Virus record (IMG/VR): IMGVR_UViG_3300044966_000489
Source of the DNA: a virus
DNA length: 64,000 nt
Direction: 5' to 3' (one strand)
Part shown: positions 1 to 9,740 of the stretch, piece by piece
Numbering within the stretch: the stretch's first letter is position 1
How the letters are laid out: each line of letters opens with the position of its first letter
The notes under the pieces: generated by a model
Told to the model about the DNA's origin: nothing
Database searches by the model: none
What the model saw: only the letters and a program-made list of their open reading frames with translations
Translations under genes and position numbers: made by a program

Positions 1-67
1 ATAGTGTCGCCGCTCCAAGGAACGGCGCACTCTTCTAGTTTTGCTTCTTTTTTGACCTTTAAGCAAG

Positions 68-625
68 TCATATCTTCAGCTTTGCAGGAACAAAAGTTCC
101 CTCATTTTCTACAATATTCTCCATGATTAATTGGAGACGCTTTTTGTCAGATGGGTATTTAATATAAAACGCTTTGACGGTATCGTATTCACGATTTTCG
201 TAAAAATATCCATCATTTCCTTCAAAATAAACTTCGATCAATTTTAGCTGCTTGACGCTAAATATTTTATTGAGTTTATTAGACAGTTTTACTTCTTCAA
301 TCAAATCCCCCAACTCTGATGAAGCAAAATCAAGGTCTTCAAGTAAAGTATTATTATTAAAATTTGTGCAACTCATAAACAATCCGCCAAGAGCGCACAC
401 ATTACAAGATTCAATTTTCTGTTCAATAAATAGTTCTTGGACAGAATCGTGATGCGATAATTTTTTTTCCCAAGCAGAATGAATATTTGGTTGCACCCAA
501 CATCCACTCTTAGCAACATATCTCTTAGCCTTGAGTTGGGCAAGGACATCTTGAGCAATCATTACTCTTTTTTGAGCTTTGGTTGCTTTTTTGAATTCTG
601 CGTTTATGTTCTTAATTTTATTCAT
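68..625 (-). CDS. hypothetical phage protein (CxxC motif)
   Basis: 185-aa ORF tightly packed in the minus-strand array; CNVCALGGLF motif. Confidence 0.7.
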   Translation of the reverse strand: MNKIKNINAEFKKATKAQKRVMIAQDVLAQLKAKRYVAKSGCWVQPNIHSAWEKKLSHHDSVQELFIEQKIESCNVCALGGLFMSCTNFNNNTLLEDLDFASSELGDLIEEVKLSNKLNKIFSVKQLKLIEVYFEGNDGYFYENREYDTVKAFYIKYPSDKKRLQLIMENIVENEGTFVPAKLKI

Positions 626-626
626 A

Positions 627-1220
627 TTAATCTACTCCTACGAAACGAGTTCCACCGCCGGGGCTTATTGTTATTTGTTGTTCTACTGCTTCTTTGCTAA
701 GTCCTTGAAAAGACAAAGCTAGATCTTTTAATGTTCCAAGACAAGGAATATATCCTTTGAGTTGATATTTGAAAGCTCTGCGAAGGCTATCTGCTGCAAG
801 TTCAGGAGCAATTTTATGAACTCTCAAATGTCCCCTGAGACAAGAAACTAATGCAGACTCAGTAGCCCAAGCAGTTTCTCCATCCCACCCAAATTGACAA
901 ATAGTAAAATCAAATGAATCAAGCAAATTACTAATATTCTCATAGTAATCATACTTAATTACTTGAATGATTTGCCCATTCAATGAAAAAGAAATAAGAT
1001 GATCGCGCTCAAATAATTTCTTGGCAGAAAAGAGCTTTTCTTTTATGAAATTGTCAAGAGCTTCTTGGTTCTTACCAAAGACATCTATATCAGATGCAGC
1101 TTCGCCGCCCTTGAACCATTGGCGAATTGCTCCGCCAGCAAACCAAACATCTTTACTTGGGGCAATCTGAGGCCGATTGCCAAGAAAGACGCTCTGATCT
1201 AGTTTAATCAAATTGACCAT
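627..1220 (-). CDS. nucleotidyltransferase, CCA-adding/poly(A) polymerase head-domain-like
   Basis: WFAGGAIR...SDIDVF (GG..R, DxD) and LDSFDFTICQF motifs; start moved to ATG at 1220. Confidence 0.7.
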   Translation of the reverse strand: MVNLIKLDQSVFLGNRPQIAPSKDVWFAGGAIRQWFKGGEAASDIDVFGKNQEALDNFIKEKLFSAKKLFERDHLISFSLNGQIIQVIKYDYYENISNLLDSFDFTICQFGWDGETAWATESALVSCLRGHLRVHKIAPELAADSLRRAFKYQLKGYIPCLGTLKDLALSFQGLSKEAVEQQITISPGGGTRFVGVD

Positions 1221-2100
1221 AATAATCTTTGAATTCTCCATATCCGAAATAAGAACGGAAATTTTCTTTGATAGCGTCGAGTTGCGGGTCTATTGTGGGG
1301 GCTTGGACAGGATTGTCAAGGATATATTTTTGACTATGCTGGCTCTTCAATATGTTAGCTTTTTTCATTAATTCATACGCTTGGGCTTCAAGATCAAGAA
1401 CATCTTGACAACCATTAGCATAACGATTTGCAGCTTCATCTTGAGATTGCAAATTGCCTTTATGATTAATAATTTTTTGATATTCTGTCTTGAATAGCTC
1501 GTAAGACTCAACGAGTTTAGGAAAGTCTTGAAGGAAGAAATAGAAGCCAATGTCCATAGGATATTGACCTCCTGCATCGCCGGGGCATCCTGAACTAGTA
1601 TGGAAAGCTCTAAAGCCGGGGCCTCCAGTACCTGCATAATAACTACCAAAAAGAAGAGAACCAACAGACTCGCCGCTGTTCTTACTCTTTTTGTAATTTT
1701 TAATAGATGCTCTAACGCGACCAGACCAGCCAAGAAAACTAGTAGGATAATTTTTATCATTACCGCTCCAATTAGTTTTCTTTCCAATTGGCGCACCGTG
1801 AGAGTTAGCTACTTGCCCAAAAGTAACATTAATATCAACCTCACAATCAAATCCCCAGAATTCTTTTGCTTTTTCTACAATTAGGTTTTCAATTTCTGAA
1901 ACATTTGTGATATTTAAGCGAACCCAATCTTTCTTTTCAAGATTAGATTTTTCAGCCAGCTTTTTTTGTTCTGCTGCAATTACGGCATCTTCTTTAGCCT
2001 TGATTGCTGCGGCAGCACTACGCTCTGCTTCTGCACGGGAACGGCACTTTTTGCCAGTCTCGGGGCAGATATAGACTTTTACTTCTTTAATTTCTTTCAT
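1204..2100 (-). CDS. hypothetical protein
   Basis: ~298-aa ORF; N-terminal YICPETGK motif and a coiled-coil segment. Confidence 0.7.
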   Translation of the reverse strand: MKEIKEVKVYICPETGKKCRSRAEAERSAAAAIKAKEDAVIAAEQKKLAEKSNLEKKDWVRLNITNVSEIENLIVEKAKEFWGFDCEVDINVTFGQVANSHGAPIGKKTNWSGNDKNYPTSFLGWSGRVRASIKNYKKSKNSGESVGSLLFGSYYAGTGGPGFRAFHTSSGCPGDAGGQYPMDIGFYFFLQDFPKLVESYELFKTEYQKIINHKGNLQSQDEAANRYANGCQDVLDLEAQAYELMKKANILKSQHSQKYILDNPVQAPTIDPQLDAIKENFRSYFGYGEFKDYYGQFD

Positions 2101-2102
2101 AA

Positions 2103-2450
2103 TTAGCTCCAAGTTCTATGTTGTTCAGCAATCCATTCGATACCATTGTCATCTTTAATCTCCCATTTAATATCATCAGGCACTTCAACAACCTTCAATT
2201 TAGCATAACGACTATTAGCTAAATCGCCAAGCTGTTCGACAACTTCAATGAGAATTGGATCAGTTCTTTCGATGTCCCATTCGGCAAATCCATTTCCCGG
2301 CTTTTCTTCATTTAGATAGTAATGATTAAGACCTTTGATTACTTTATCTTCTTCGGCTATGATGTTAAGACCTTTCTTCTCACCATATAAGAGAACGGCT
2401 TCTTTGCTAAGACGAAAGCCGCCGTGCTTTTTATTAATTACTATTTTCAT
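2103..2450 (-). CDS. conserved phage hypothetical protein (KIVIN...RTDPILIEVVE family), paralog 1
   Basis: MKIVINKKHGGF...ERTDPILIEVVE...KVVEVPDD...EWIAEQHRTW. Confidence 0.8.
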   Translation of the reverse strand: MKIVINKKHGGFRLSKEAVLLYGEKKGLNIIAEEDKVIKGLNHYYLNEEKPGNGFAEWDIERTDPILIEVVEQLGDLANSRYAKLKVVEVPDDIKWEIKDDNGIEWIAEQHRTWS

Positions 2451-2452
2451 AA

Positions 2453-2788
2453 TTATATCCAAATTCTATGTTTTTCTGCTACCCATTCATGTCCAAGATC
2501 ACCTTGTTTAATTTCCCATTTAACGTCATCAGGAATTTCTACAACTTTTAAACTATTGCCAGTATTTTTATATAATTTCTCTACAACTTCAATGAGAATA
2601 GGATCAGTTCTTTCGATATCCCAATCTGCAAAATAATTATTTTCTTTTATTTCGTTTATGTAGTAATTTGTAAGTTCGCAGCTATCTACTTCCCAAAGTA
2701 AATTAATACCTTTGAGCTTGGCGTATAAAAGCGTAGCTTCGTGATTAAGACAGAATCCGCCGCAACCTCTATTAATTACTATTTTCAT
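2453..2788 (-). CDS. conserved phage hypothetical protein, paralog 2
   Basis: Same motif set as 2103..2450; start at MKIVINRG (2788). Confidence 0.8.
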   Translation of the reverse strand: MKIVINRGCGGFCLNHEATLLYAKLKGINLLWEVDSCELTNYYINEIKENNYFADWDIERTDPILIEVVEKLYKNTGNSLKVVEIPDDVKWEIKQGDLGHEWVAEKHRIWI

Positions 2789-2789
2789 T

Positions 2790-3287
2790 TTATTTCTTTG
2801 AGGGTTGCTTTGTTTGCTTGCGAGTTCCGGTGATTTCATAACAACCCCAGTCAATCTTATTCACGCCAAAGACGTAATCTTCTGGAATAGTTAGATAATG
2901 GACACTAATGAAATGCTTAATTGCTCGCTTGGCATTGTTATCTGAATGATAACGCTTACCAACAATCGGCGGGGAGAACTTAGTATTCTTTCGAGGATCT
3001 TGCAAGCCCTTTTTCTCATTTTTCTTTGCCACCTTTGCGGCTTCCTTGGCAAGCATTTTTTCCTTGCTTTCTCTGGCGAGCTTGTTCCTCAAGGCGTTGC
3101 CGCGAAGAGGCTTGACAGGTTCAGGATCATCAGGATTCTTTTCTTCATCATTTTTGAAACCTCGCCTCTTTTCCCATGCCTTGAACTTTTCATCGAAGTC
3201 TTGGAAAAGACCAATTGGCAAGTCTGCACCTTTAACATCCCACCATGCAAAGCTCTGGCGGATAGTTCCTTTGTATTGGTCGTTCAT
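2790..3287 (-). CDS. hypothetical basic protein
   Basis: 165-aa Lys-rich ORF that fits the gene tiling. Confidence 0.6.
   Translation of the reverse strand: MNDQYKGTIRQSFAWWDVKGADLPIGLFQDFDEKFKAWEKRRGFKNDEEKNPDDPEPVKPLRGNALRNKLARESKEKMLAKEAAKVAKKNEKKGLQDPRKNTKFSPPIVGKRYHSDNNAKRAIKHFISVHYLTIPEDYVFGVNKIDWGCYEITGTRKQTKQPSKK
2977..3005 (-). promoter_or_regulatory. sigma70-type promoter internal to a CDS
   Basis: TTGCAA-17nt-TAAGTT on the minus strand. Confidence 0.35.
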
Positions 3288-3308
3288 TTTAAGTGTTAGT
3301 ATTAAGTA

Positions 3309-3878
3309 TTAATGAATTTCTAATCTGTTGTGACTGACGTAAATATTTTCTTGAATAGTAGCTCTAGAAGTTTTGTACCAATTGTCCATGTTGCTGTCAA
3401 GACCATAAATGTATTCGCTGCCATACTTCTTACATTTAAATAAAGGAAAAGGCCCAATTTCTTGAATCTTTTGGATTTCATTTTTAGCTGGTTGATAAGG
3501 TTGACCAGCTACCTTAACTTCAGGAAGATATAGCCTCTTAGCTTCTACAAAAAGAATAAATAACTCAGCAAAGAATTCAATAACACCATCGCTGCCTTCT
3601 CTAATTTTATGTTGAGTCTCTCCAAGAGAAATAACATAGTAACCAGCATGATTATGATAAATTCCTTCACTGAACTTATAAAAAGTAGAGCTATAATTTT
3701 GATAAACGCCATCAAATCGAATCTTATTATAGATCTCGTTGACAGCAAAACGAGGTTTATAATTATTAATAGCTGCTTCAATAGCCTTCTCTTTGGTGCT
3801 GTAGTTAAGTTTTAAAGGATCAGGAAGACTACCATCATCGTAACTGTCGCTGATACTATAATATTCAATAATATTCAT
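3309..3878 (-). CDS. hypothetical protein
   Basis: 189-aa ORF. Confidence 0.65.
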   Translation of the reverse strand: MNIIEYYSISDSYDDGSLPDPLKLNYSTKEKAIEAAINNYKPRFAVNEIYNKIRFDGVYQNYSSTFYKFSEGIYHNHAGYYVISLGETQHKIREGSDGVIEFFAELFILFVEAKRLYLPEVKVAGQPYQPAKNEIQKIQEIGPFPLFKCKKYGSEYIYGLDSNMDNWYKTSRATIQENIYVSHNRLEIH

Positions 3879-4096
3879 TAGTAATTAAGTGTTTTGTTTT
3901 CTTCTGTATCGTTGTAATTATAAACTACACCGTCTCTGGTGCTTATTATTTTTGCTGAAATCAAGTCCTTCTTGAAGGAGTCTATCAACTCTAGTGCTTG
4001 TGTAAAGCCTTCTCTGTCGTGAGAAAATTGGAGTATGCGGATATTAGAATGAGTGTCAAGTTCCAACTCATAGTTCAGAAATATTTCATTCATCAC
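3878..4096 (-). CDS. hypothetical protein
   Basis: 72-aa ORF coupled to its neighbours. Confidence 0.55.
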   Translation of the reverse strand: MMNEIFLNYELELDTHSNIRILQFSHDREGFTQALELIDSFKKDLISAKIISTRDGVVYNYNDTEENKTLNY

Positions 4097-4250
4097 GAAA
4101 ACAATTTACAATTGATAAAACCGCAAGTATTCCAATTGCCACAACAGGTGGCGCAATGTCTACCCCCAACTTAAAGTGGAGAAGGTAAGAGGTCAAGCAG
4201 GAAAAAAGAAAAATTCCTATGGCCCAAAATAAAAGTCTTGATTCTTTCAT
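4086..4250 (-). CDS. small two-TM membrane protein (not in ORF track)
   Basis: Read manually: MKESRLLFWAIGIFLFSCLTSYLLHFKLGVDIAPPVVAIGILAVLSIVNCFRDE; fills the gap between genes. Confidence 0.5.
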   Translation of the reverse strand: MKESRLLFWAIGIFLFSCLTSYLLHFKLGVDIAPPVVAIGILAVLSIVNCFRDE

Positions 4251-4253
4251 GGG

Positions 4254-4475
4254 TTAGGGCATGATTCTATACTTTTTCAGCTTTTTCTCGCACTCTTCAA
4301 TTCGGGACTTTAATTCTTTTATAGTCTTTTGATCTCTTTCGAGTTGATCACAAACGAAGTAGATATCAGCGGTAACTTGGGCGGGAACAATTCCTACTTC
4401 TTCCATCGTCTGGTCTGTTTTACCAGTTCTCCAGTCGTTTAGATTTCGCAACCTTTTGATAGCTTCTTTTATCAT
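4254..4475 (-). CDS. hypothetical coiled-coil protein
   Basis: Likely start MIKEAIK at 4475. Confidence 0.55.
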   Translation of the reverse strand: MIKEAIKRLRNLNDWRTGKTDQTMEEVGIVPAQVTADIYFVCDQLERDQKTIKELKSRIEECEKKLKKYRIMP

Positions 4476-4531
4476 ATAGTGATCTATACATAGTACACTA
4501 AAGAAGGTAGTGTATTTTATAAGAAACAATA

Positions 4532-5164
4532 TTACAACTCAAAGGCTGCAATTGTATGCTCAAAAGGATTGCCTTCAATATCCTTGACTAGACGCAGCAT
4601 CTCAGCAGCAATTTCTCTAATCTCTTTTTGAGCGTCAGGCTTGTTACGCAAACTCAAGAAATGATAGAAAGAACGCCAATTAAACATAACGTCAGCTTGA
4701 ATTTGTGAATTATAATTCTTGAAATAACGAGCGGATTCTTTCACTCGCTTTCTATCGAAGCCTCGCTCGCATAAATTCTTGATGCACTGATGATAAAGTC
4801 TATTTCCTTCTTCTGTATAATTGGCTAGAGCAAGTTGCCAATCTTCAGGCCAATCACTAGGAATCAAATACTTATCTTCTTTGATTTCTTTGTAGCGAGC
4901 AGACTCACCATTTACAGATGTTCCAACTCGGTGTTTTATTAAATGAATATGACTAGCGATATCAGTATTGACCAAAAAATGAAGAGAAGATTTTTCAAAT
5001 GGGGTATGATGTCCAGCATCCGCAAGCATTTTGAGAAGCTTTGGGATTCTCTGAACTTTATCCTCTGTCAAATCTCGACTTGTTGATGTCCACGCTGAAC
5101 ACGCATGAACCTGATCATTTCCATAGTAGCCAAGTAACTCGACGCTATTCTGATGTTTATTCAT
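4532..5164 (-). CDS. thyX: FAD-dependent thymidylate synthase ThyX
   Basis: HHTPFE, KHR...SVNGESARY ThyX motif, NWRSFYHFLSLR...AQKEIR. Confidence 0.95.
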   Translation of the reverse strand: MNKHQNSVELLGYYGNDQVHACSAWTSTSRDLTEDKVQRIPKLLKMLADAGHHTPFEKSSLHFLVNTDIASHIHLIKHRVGTSVNGESARYKEIKEDKYLIPSDWPEDWQLALANYTEEGNRLYHQCIKNLCERGFDRKRVKESARYFKNYNSQIQADVMFNWRSFYHFLSLRNKPDAQKEIREIAAEMLRLVKDIEGNPFEHTIAAFEL

Positions 5165-5179
5165 TTAATTTGTATTTAT

Positions 5180-5950
5180 TTATATATCTAAAAATTTTTT
5201 AATTTCCAACTTGCCGTTGTTCACTACTATATACTCATTTAATCCATTGTCAATACAAAGATTTTCACACTCTGCGGGATTAACTGATCCATCTAAATGA
5301 TGAGGATTAACTCTACCATTTTTATGGTATGTATGACCGACAATTTGCTTTAAGCCTTCAATAGGCTGAAACTCTTGTTTGAAATCTAACCAAACAATTC
5401 CTCCGCCTTTTTTAGGACCACCTCTGCTTCGGCCAGCATAATAAAACCAATGGTTTTGATCCGTTCTTAAGGCAATGTTCGCACGTTCTATTTCTTTTGT
5501 AAGAAAAAGATTTAGGTCATCATTGTTTTTAACCGTGGGATCTATGTAATCAGGATAAAGTCCAGCATGAGTACAAAGAAAATCATCAACCCAGATTCGC
5601 CATTTGAACTTATTAGTAATATTTTGACGCTCAGATCCTAGCATTTCATCGATAGCAAAATACTTTCTATCTTCATAACCACTACACATTACATAATGAT
5701 TATTAAATAGATAATGCAAATCATGATTGCCAAAAAGAGTATAACTATTTGACGCAGAAAGATACCGCATCAAATAATCAGTAGTCTTTTTATGGTCATC
5801 AGAACTATCAAGATAAAAACTATCAAACCAATCTCCTAAACAGACATTAACATCCGCCGCTTCATGTTTAATAATTTTATCGAACTTTTCAACGTTGTTA
5901 TGAAGATCGGAAACTAATAAGATCTTCTTTCCGTAAGAGCTTAACTTCAT
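5180..5950 (-). CDS. calcineurin-like metallophosphoesterase
   Basis: SDLH, LGDWFD, GNHD, THAG and GHT motifs. Confidence 0.9.
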   Translation of the reverse strand: MKLSSYGKKILLVSDLHNNVEKFDKIIKHEAADVNVCLGDWFDSFYLDSSDDHKKTTDYLMRYLSASNSYTLFGNHDLHYLFNNHYVMCSGYEDRKYFAIDEMLGSERQNITNKFKWRIWVDDFLCTHAGLYPDYIDPTVKNNDDLNLFLTKEIERANIALRTDQNHWFYYAGRSRGGPKKGGGIVWLDFKQEFQPIEGLKQIVGHTYHKNGRVNPHHLDGSVNPAECENLCIDNGLNEYIVVNNGKLEIKKFLDI

Positions 5951-6113
5951 TTTTCTTTATTTGATTGTGAATTACTTTATTGACTTTGCATTCGCAGCTA
6001 TTCATTTCAGGAAAGCCGGGACCAATCAGCTTGCCATTCCAGCTATAACAATGATGCCAACCTTGACTGATTTCTTCAGGAGTTAGCGAATCACAGTAAA
6101 ATTTTTCTTCCAC
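5898..6113 (-). CDS. small Cys/His-rich hypothetical protein
   Basis: 71-aa ORF; GWHHC...CEC. Confidence 0.5.
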   Translation of the reverse strand: MEEKFYCDSLTPEEISQGWHHCYSWNGKLIGPGFPEMNSCECKVNKVIHNQIKKNEVKLLRKEDLISFRSS

Positions 6114-6448
6114 GGATCATCCTTTGGTTGATGAATTACAATATTAGCAGAAGATTCATTTTCTTTGACATCTAACCATTTAATTTCAAAGTCGCCTTTT
6201 TCATCTCCTCCCATTCTCATTTGCCTCTCTCCAACCTGAAAGACAATACTAGATACCACTAATGGAATCTTTGGGCATGAAGTTCCTAATCCAATATTGC
6301 CATCTCCATTCAATGTGAACGGTGTTCGACTTTGAGTCAAGTCTTTTTTTTGCGGTTCTTCTTGGGCTTTAAGAACTACCGGGGCAGCAGTTGCTGCCAA
6401 AAAGCCTCCAAATATAGTCTTGAAAAATCCTTTGCGGTTCATACTCAT
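6083..6448 (-). CDS. hypothetical protein with Tat-like signal peptide
   Basis: MNRKGFFK followed by a hydrophobic segment and LKA cleavage-like site; GNIGLGT motif. Confidence 0.55.
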   Translation of the reverse strand: MSMNRKGFFKTIFGGFLAATAAPVVLKAQEEPQKKDLTQSRTPFTLNGDGNIGLGTSCPKIPLVVSSIVFQVGERQMRMGGDEKGDFEIKWLDVKENESSANIVIHQPKDDPWKKNFTVIR

Positions 6449-6454
6449 ATTATA

Positions 6455-7033
6455 TCAGTCTTCGTCTTCTTCAGCAAATTTTTGTTCTGGATGATAAACG
6501 AATTCTGGCCCAGTGTAGCCATAGCCTGTATCACCATGATCATGATAATCATCAGGAGCTTCGCCATTATAGTAGACTTCTTCAAGATATTTTTGACCAT
6601 CTTGGTCTACGCCATACTGTACGGTTAACTTCTTTGGATCAAACTCTGTAACATTCTCCCAATAGTAGATATAATTAAATTTCATATCATGATACCACCA
6701 GATATTTACTTTGCCTACTTCATCTGGCTCTTGGGGAATGTAATTGCAGCCACCACCTTTTTCAAATTGAAATTGACTCCAATCTGAGGTTGTGAAAATA
6801 GGTTCTTCATTATTTTCTATATGTTCATTGCCGCCAAGATAAACATCTATAGAATCATAACCATCAGCACTAAAATAAGGACAAGTCTCATAGACATCGC
6901 CACCACAAAAACACTCGTCGCTATCTCTAAAAGCATCTTCAAATTGCTCTTGAGTTTGGTCAGGAGTGGGACCATCTATTGTGTCGCGGTTGTACTCATT
7001 GGTCCCGCGCATCCAGATTTTAATCTTTAGCAT
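6455..7033 (-). CDS. acidic hypothetical protein
   Basis: 192-aa Asp/Glu-rich ORF. Confidence 0.7.
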   Translation of the reverse strand: MLKIKIWMRGTNEYNRDTIDGPTPDQTQEQFEDAFRDSDECFCGGDVYETCPYFSADGYDSIDVYLGGNEHIENNEEPIFTTSDWSQFQFEKGGGCNYIPQEPDEVGKVNIWWYHDMKFNYIYYWENVTEFDPKKLTVQYGVDQDGQKYLEEVYYNGEAPDDYHDHGDTGYGYTGPEFVYHPEQKFAEEDED

Positions 7034-7266
7034 GATTTCCAGTTAGGATTATTGGGAGTGCTAGTGCCAGCGGTATAAAAAACTGTTGGATAACTAGGAT
7101 AAGATGGATATGTTGGGTAAGGATAACTAGGCGAAGTCCTTGGCTCTACTATTCCAAGAACTTTATGCAATTGGTTATAAATATCATAAACCTCGTCTCT
7201 TGACAAGACGAACTCTTGATCCTTAATCTTAAGGTTGTATGAAACAGTAACGCATGATGAACTCAT
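7027..7266 (-). CDS. hypothetical protein with YPS/YPT repeats
   Basis: 79-aa ORF; PSYPYPTYPSYPSYPT. Confidence 0.55.
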   Translation of the reverse strand: MSSSCVTVSYNLKIKDQEFVLSRDEVYDIYNQLHKVLGIVEPRTSPSYPYPTYPSYPSYPTVFYTAGTSTPNNPNWKSC

Positions 7267-7278
7267 ACCGTATTATAT

Positions 7279-7389
7279 CTACCTGTTCCATAAATCAAAA
7301 ATAAAAACAAGTATCAAAAACAAAACGCAACCTGCGCCAAATGTAAGCACAAGGTGACAAAACAATTGTTGAAGCTTATGTTTCCTCAT
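7279..7389 (-). CDS. small single-TM protein (not in ORF track)
   Basis: 36-aa MRKHKLQQLFCHLVLTFGAGCVLFLILVFIFDLWNR filling the gap. Confidence 0.35.
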   Translation of the reverse strand: MRKHKLQQLFCHLVLTFGAGCVLFLILVFIFDLWNR

Positions 7390-7873
7390 TTTTTAATTTG
7401 AATGGCTTTAAGTGTTTAATTTCTATATTATAACAATCTGCTTGAAATTTGAAACCAATGTGAGAGCTAGGATCTGGGTCTCCTTTTTTATAGAAGATGG
7501 CTTTGTTATAAAAGTCTTCTTTTAGTACGCCTCCGAGAATCCAAGCTTTACTAAAGTCTTTTAATATTCTAACAAATCCATAAACCTCACAATCTTGACT
7601 TGTATTATAGTCAGCAACAGTGCAGTAATAATTAAGGTTAGGCTTGCTTGTACATTGCTTTGTTTTGACATCTACTGTTCTGCCTGATCTTACCAAGTCA
7701 AAGTCATAAGTATTAGACCGATCTGCTTTAATGTAATCAGCAACAAGTATTTCGCCAAGTACGCCATACACATTGCCTTTGCCGCTAAGGATAGAATTAT
7801 TAAGGACTCCAATCTTCTTGGCTTCTTCTTTAGCAAGAGAAATCTGAGAAAGAGTTGGAACAATTTCTATCAT
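7376..7873 (-). CDS. putative PD-(D/E)XK restriction-like endonuclease
   Basis: GVLGE...YDFD...VDVKTK motif pattern. Confidence 0.6.
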   Translation of the reverse strand: MIEIVPTLSQISLAKEEAKKIGVLNNSILSGKGNVYGVLGEILVADYIKADRSNTYDFDLVRSGRTVDVKTKQCTSKPNLNYYCTVADYNTSQDCEVYGFVRILKDFSKAWILGGVLKEDFYNKAIFYKKGDPDPSSHIGFKFQADCYNIEIKHLKPFKLKNEET

Positions 7874-7874
7874 A

Positions 7875-8096
7875 TTAATCGTGGATATTTATATATCTAA
7901 TAGAAACTTCTTCATGCAAGCGAGTGCGAATAGCTTGAAGGGCTTCTTCTGGAGTTTTAAATGTATGCCCGTATTTCAAATAACTCCGTAAAGTATCTTC
8001 TAAATTACCAATTACACAAAGCATATCTTTGGCTTGATTTGCTATTTGGTATTCTCTTTCTTCCTCTGGCAGATTAAATTCTAGGATTGCTTTCAT
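7875..8096 (-). CDS. conserved phage hypothetical protein
   Basis: MKAILEFNLPEE N-terminus, common in phages. Confidence 0.7.
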   Translation of the reverse strand: MKAILEFNLPEEEREYQIANQAKDMLCVIGNLEDTLRSYLKYGHTFKTPEEALQAIRTRLHEEVSIRYINIHD

Positions 8097-9118
8097 TTGT
8101 AAATTTCAATGACTTTGAGTAAGTTTGCTACAAAGAATTCCTTATTAAGTCTACAAGCGTCCTCGCTTGCCCTTTTCCCCTTTGCTTCTACGATGCTTGG
8201 GTTATTATAGGCGAACCTCATGGATTCTATCAAGTGTTCTTCATCATATTTTGACCATTTTGCGCCGGGAGCTTTCCAATAGCCTTCCGCAGGAACTTCT
8301 TTATAATTGATGCAAAAAGAATTATCTTCTGTCATGAACTCAGAAAGTCCAGCGTACTTAGCAGCGATAACTGGTCTTCCGCAAGCCATACTTTCGTGCT
8401 GCATTAAACCCCAACCTTCTGCACTTACGCAAGAAACAAAACAATCGTTGTTAGAATACCATGATTTCAATTGGTGTCTAGTATAAGATTCTTTACAAAT
8501 TTCTATCTTGTTAGAAGCAAAAACTTTATTGTAGCTTTCTTTAGGGGATATTTTTATCTTGAGTTGAACGTCTTTCTTATCTGGAAAAGCTTTATTAAAA
8601 CATCTAACAACGTCTTCTAATCTCTTGCGAGGATCTTTGTTTGCAGTTCCAAATACAAATCTATCTTTATTTACAGGAGCTTGATAATTAAATATTCCGG
8701 TATCAACAAAGAGATTAACAACATGAATAGGAGTTTCGCACCCTTGCCTCTCAAAATTTGCTTTATTCCACTGGTTAGGGACGATGATTGCTTTCATGTT
8801 ATTCATCTGCTCAATGAATATCTCGTTGATCCTTGTGCTTTCCCACATTGTCAGCATTACTCTATCTTTTCTAGGATTTAAAAAAAAGATAAAGTTTGAA
8901 AAATTTAATTCGTTACAAGGCGGTAAAACTAATAAATCAAGATCTTCTTTAAAGACAGGAAGATTCTCAAAATACTTTTCAAACCTACCAGCATCATTAG
9001 AAAATGACCTTGGTTTTATTAAGCAATTATATTTTGGAAGCTCTTCTAATATACACTCTATCAAGGTGTTATACCCTGATTCAAAATCAAAAAATGTAGA
9101 AACACTTAATTTAGTCAT
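8093..9118 (-). CDS. GT-B (GT4-like) glycosyltransferase
   Basis: TMWES, PRKRLED, EGWGLMQHESMACGRPVI. Confidence 0.9.
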   Translation of the reverse strand: MTKLSVSTFFDFESGYNTLIECILEELPKYNCLIKPRSFSNDAGRFEKYFENLPVFKEDLDLLVLPPCNELNFSNFIFFLNPRKDRVMLTMWESTRINEIFIEQMNNMKAIIVPNQWNKANFERQGCETPIHVVNLFVDTGIFNYQAPVNKDRFVFGTANKDPRKRLEDVVRCFNKAFPDKKDVQLKIKISPKESYNKVFASNKIEICKESYTRHQLKSWYSNNDCFVSCVSAEGWGLMQHESMACGRPVIAAKYAGLSEFMTEDNSFCINYKEVPAEGYWKAPGAKWSKYDEEHLIESMRFAYNNPSIVEAKGKRASEDACRLNKEFFVANLLKVIEIYK

Positions 9119-9720
9119 TTAATAAAATACCATGAAGCAAACCACTCATAACGAGTAGTTTGTAAATTATAATTGTTTTGAGCGCAAAACTCATTTACTG
9201 CTGGGTTAACTCCAAATGCTGCTAATTTAATGCCTTCTTCGTTAAAAACATATTTATCTATTCCGTTTGAAGCAATATCAGGAATATCCTCCCAATTATT
9301 AAAATAATCATGTCCAGATATGATTCCTCCTGCCCTCACTTTCGGAAACCAATATTCTATATCCGCCTTGATAAAACTGTATTTATGATTAGCGTCAATA
9401 TAAACAAAATCTAAAGACTCATTTTCAAAATCATTTGCGGCAAGTGAGGATTTTTTCTTTACTATTGTGTAGCGAGCTTGATATTCTGACAGGTTAGTGA
9501 CGCAATCACAAAGATTAGAGATATGGTCTTCAGAGTTCGTTATGTCCTCATATTCTTGCGGGTCTTGCATTTCCCAAGGGTCCACCAAGTATAAATGACC
9601 CAAATACTTAGAAAGTATTGTCTTGGCGTGTCCCCCTTTTCCAACTCCTACTTCTACACCTTTTCCTAAAGAGTTTTTTTCTTGGAACAGGGAGGATAGT
9701 TCTGATCTGTATTTTATCAT
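9115..9720 (-). CDS. class I SAM-dependent methyltransferase (Methyltransf_24-like)
   Basis: GVEVGV..G, LVDPW, DFVYIDANH, GGIISGHDY. Confidence 0.9.
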   Translation of the reverse strand: MIKYRSELSSLFQEKNSLGKGVEVGVGKGGHAKTILSKYLGHLYLVDPWEMQDPQEYEDITNSEDHISNLCDCVTNLSEYQARYTIVKKKSSLAANDFENESLDFVYIDANHKYSFIKADIEYWFPKVRAGGIISGHDYFNNWEDIPDIASNGIDKYVFNEEGIKLAAFGVNPAVNEFCAQNNYNLQTTRYEWFASWYFIK

Positions 9721-9734
9721 ATTGTTAACTTATT

Positions 9735-9740
9735 TTACAC
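9735..9740 (-). promoter_or_regulatory. phage-specific GTGTAA promoter motif
   Basis: GTGTAAAATA 14 nt upstream of the 9720 start; recurs before several genes. Confidence 0.55.

Noticed and set aside
4-30. GC-rich hairpin GTGTCGCCGCTCC-AA-GGAACGGCGCAC at the window edge
   Set aside because: Could be a terminator or part of an RNA, but its context is cut off by the window boundary.
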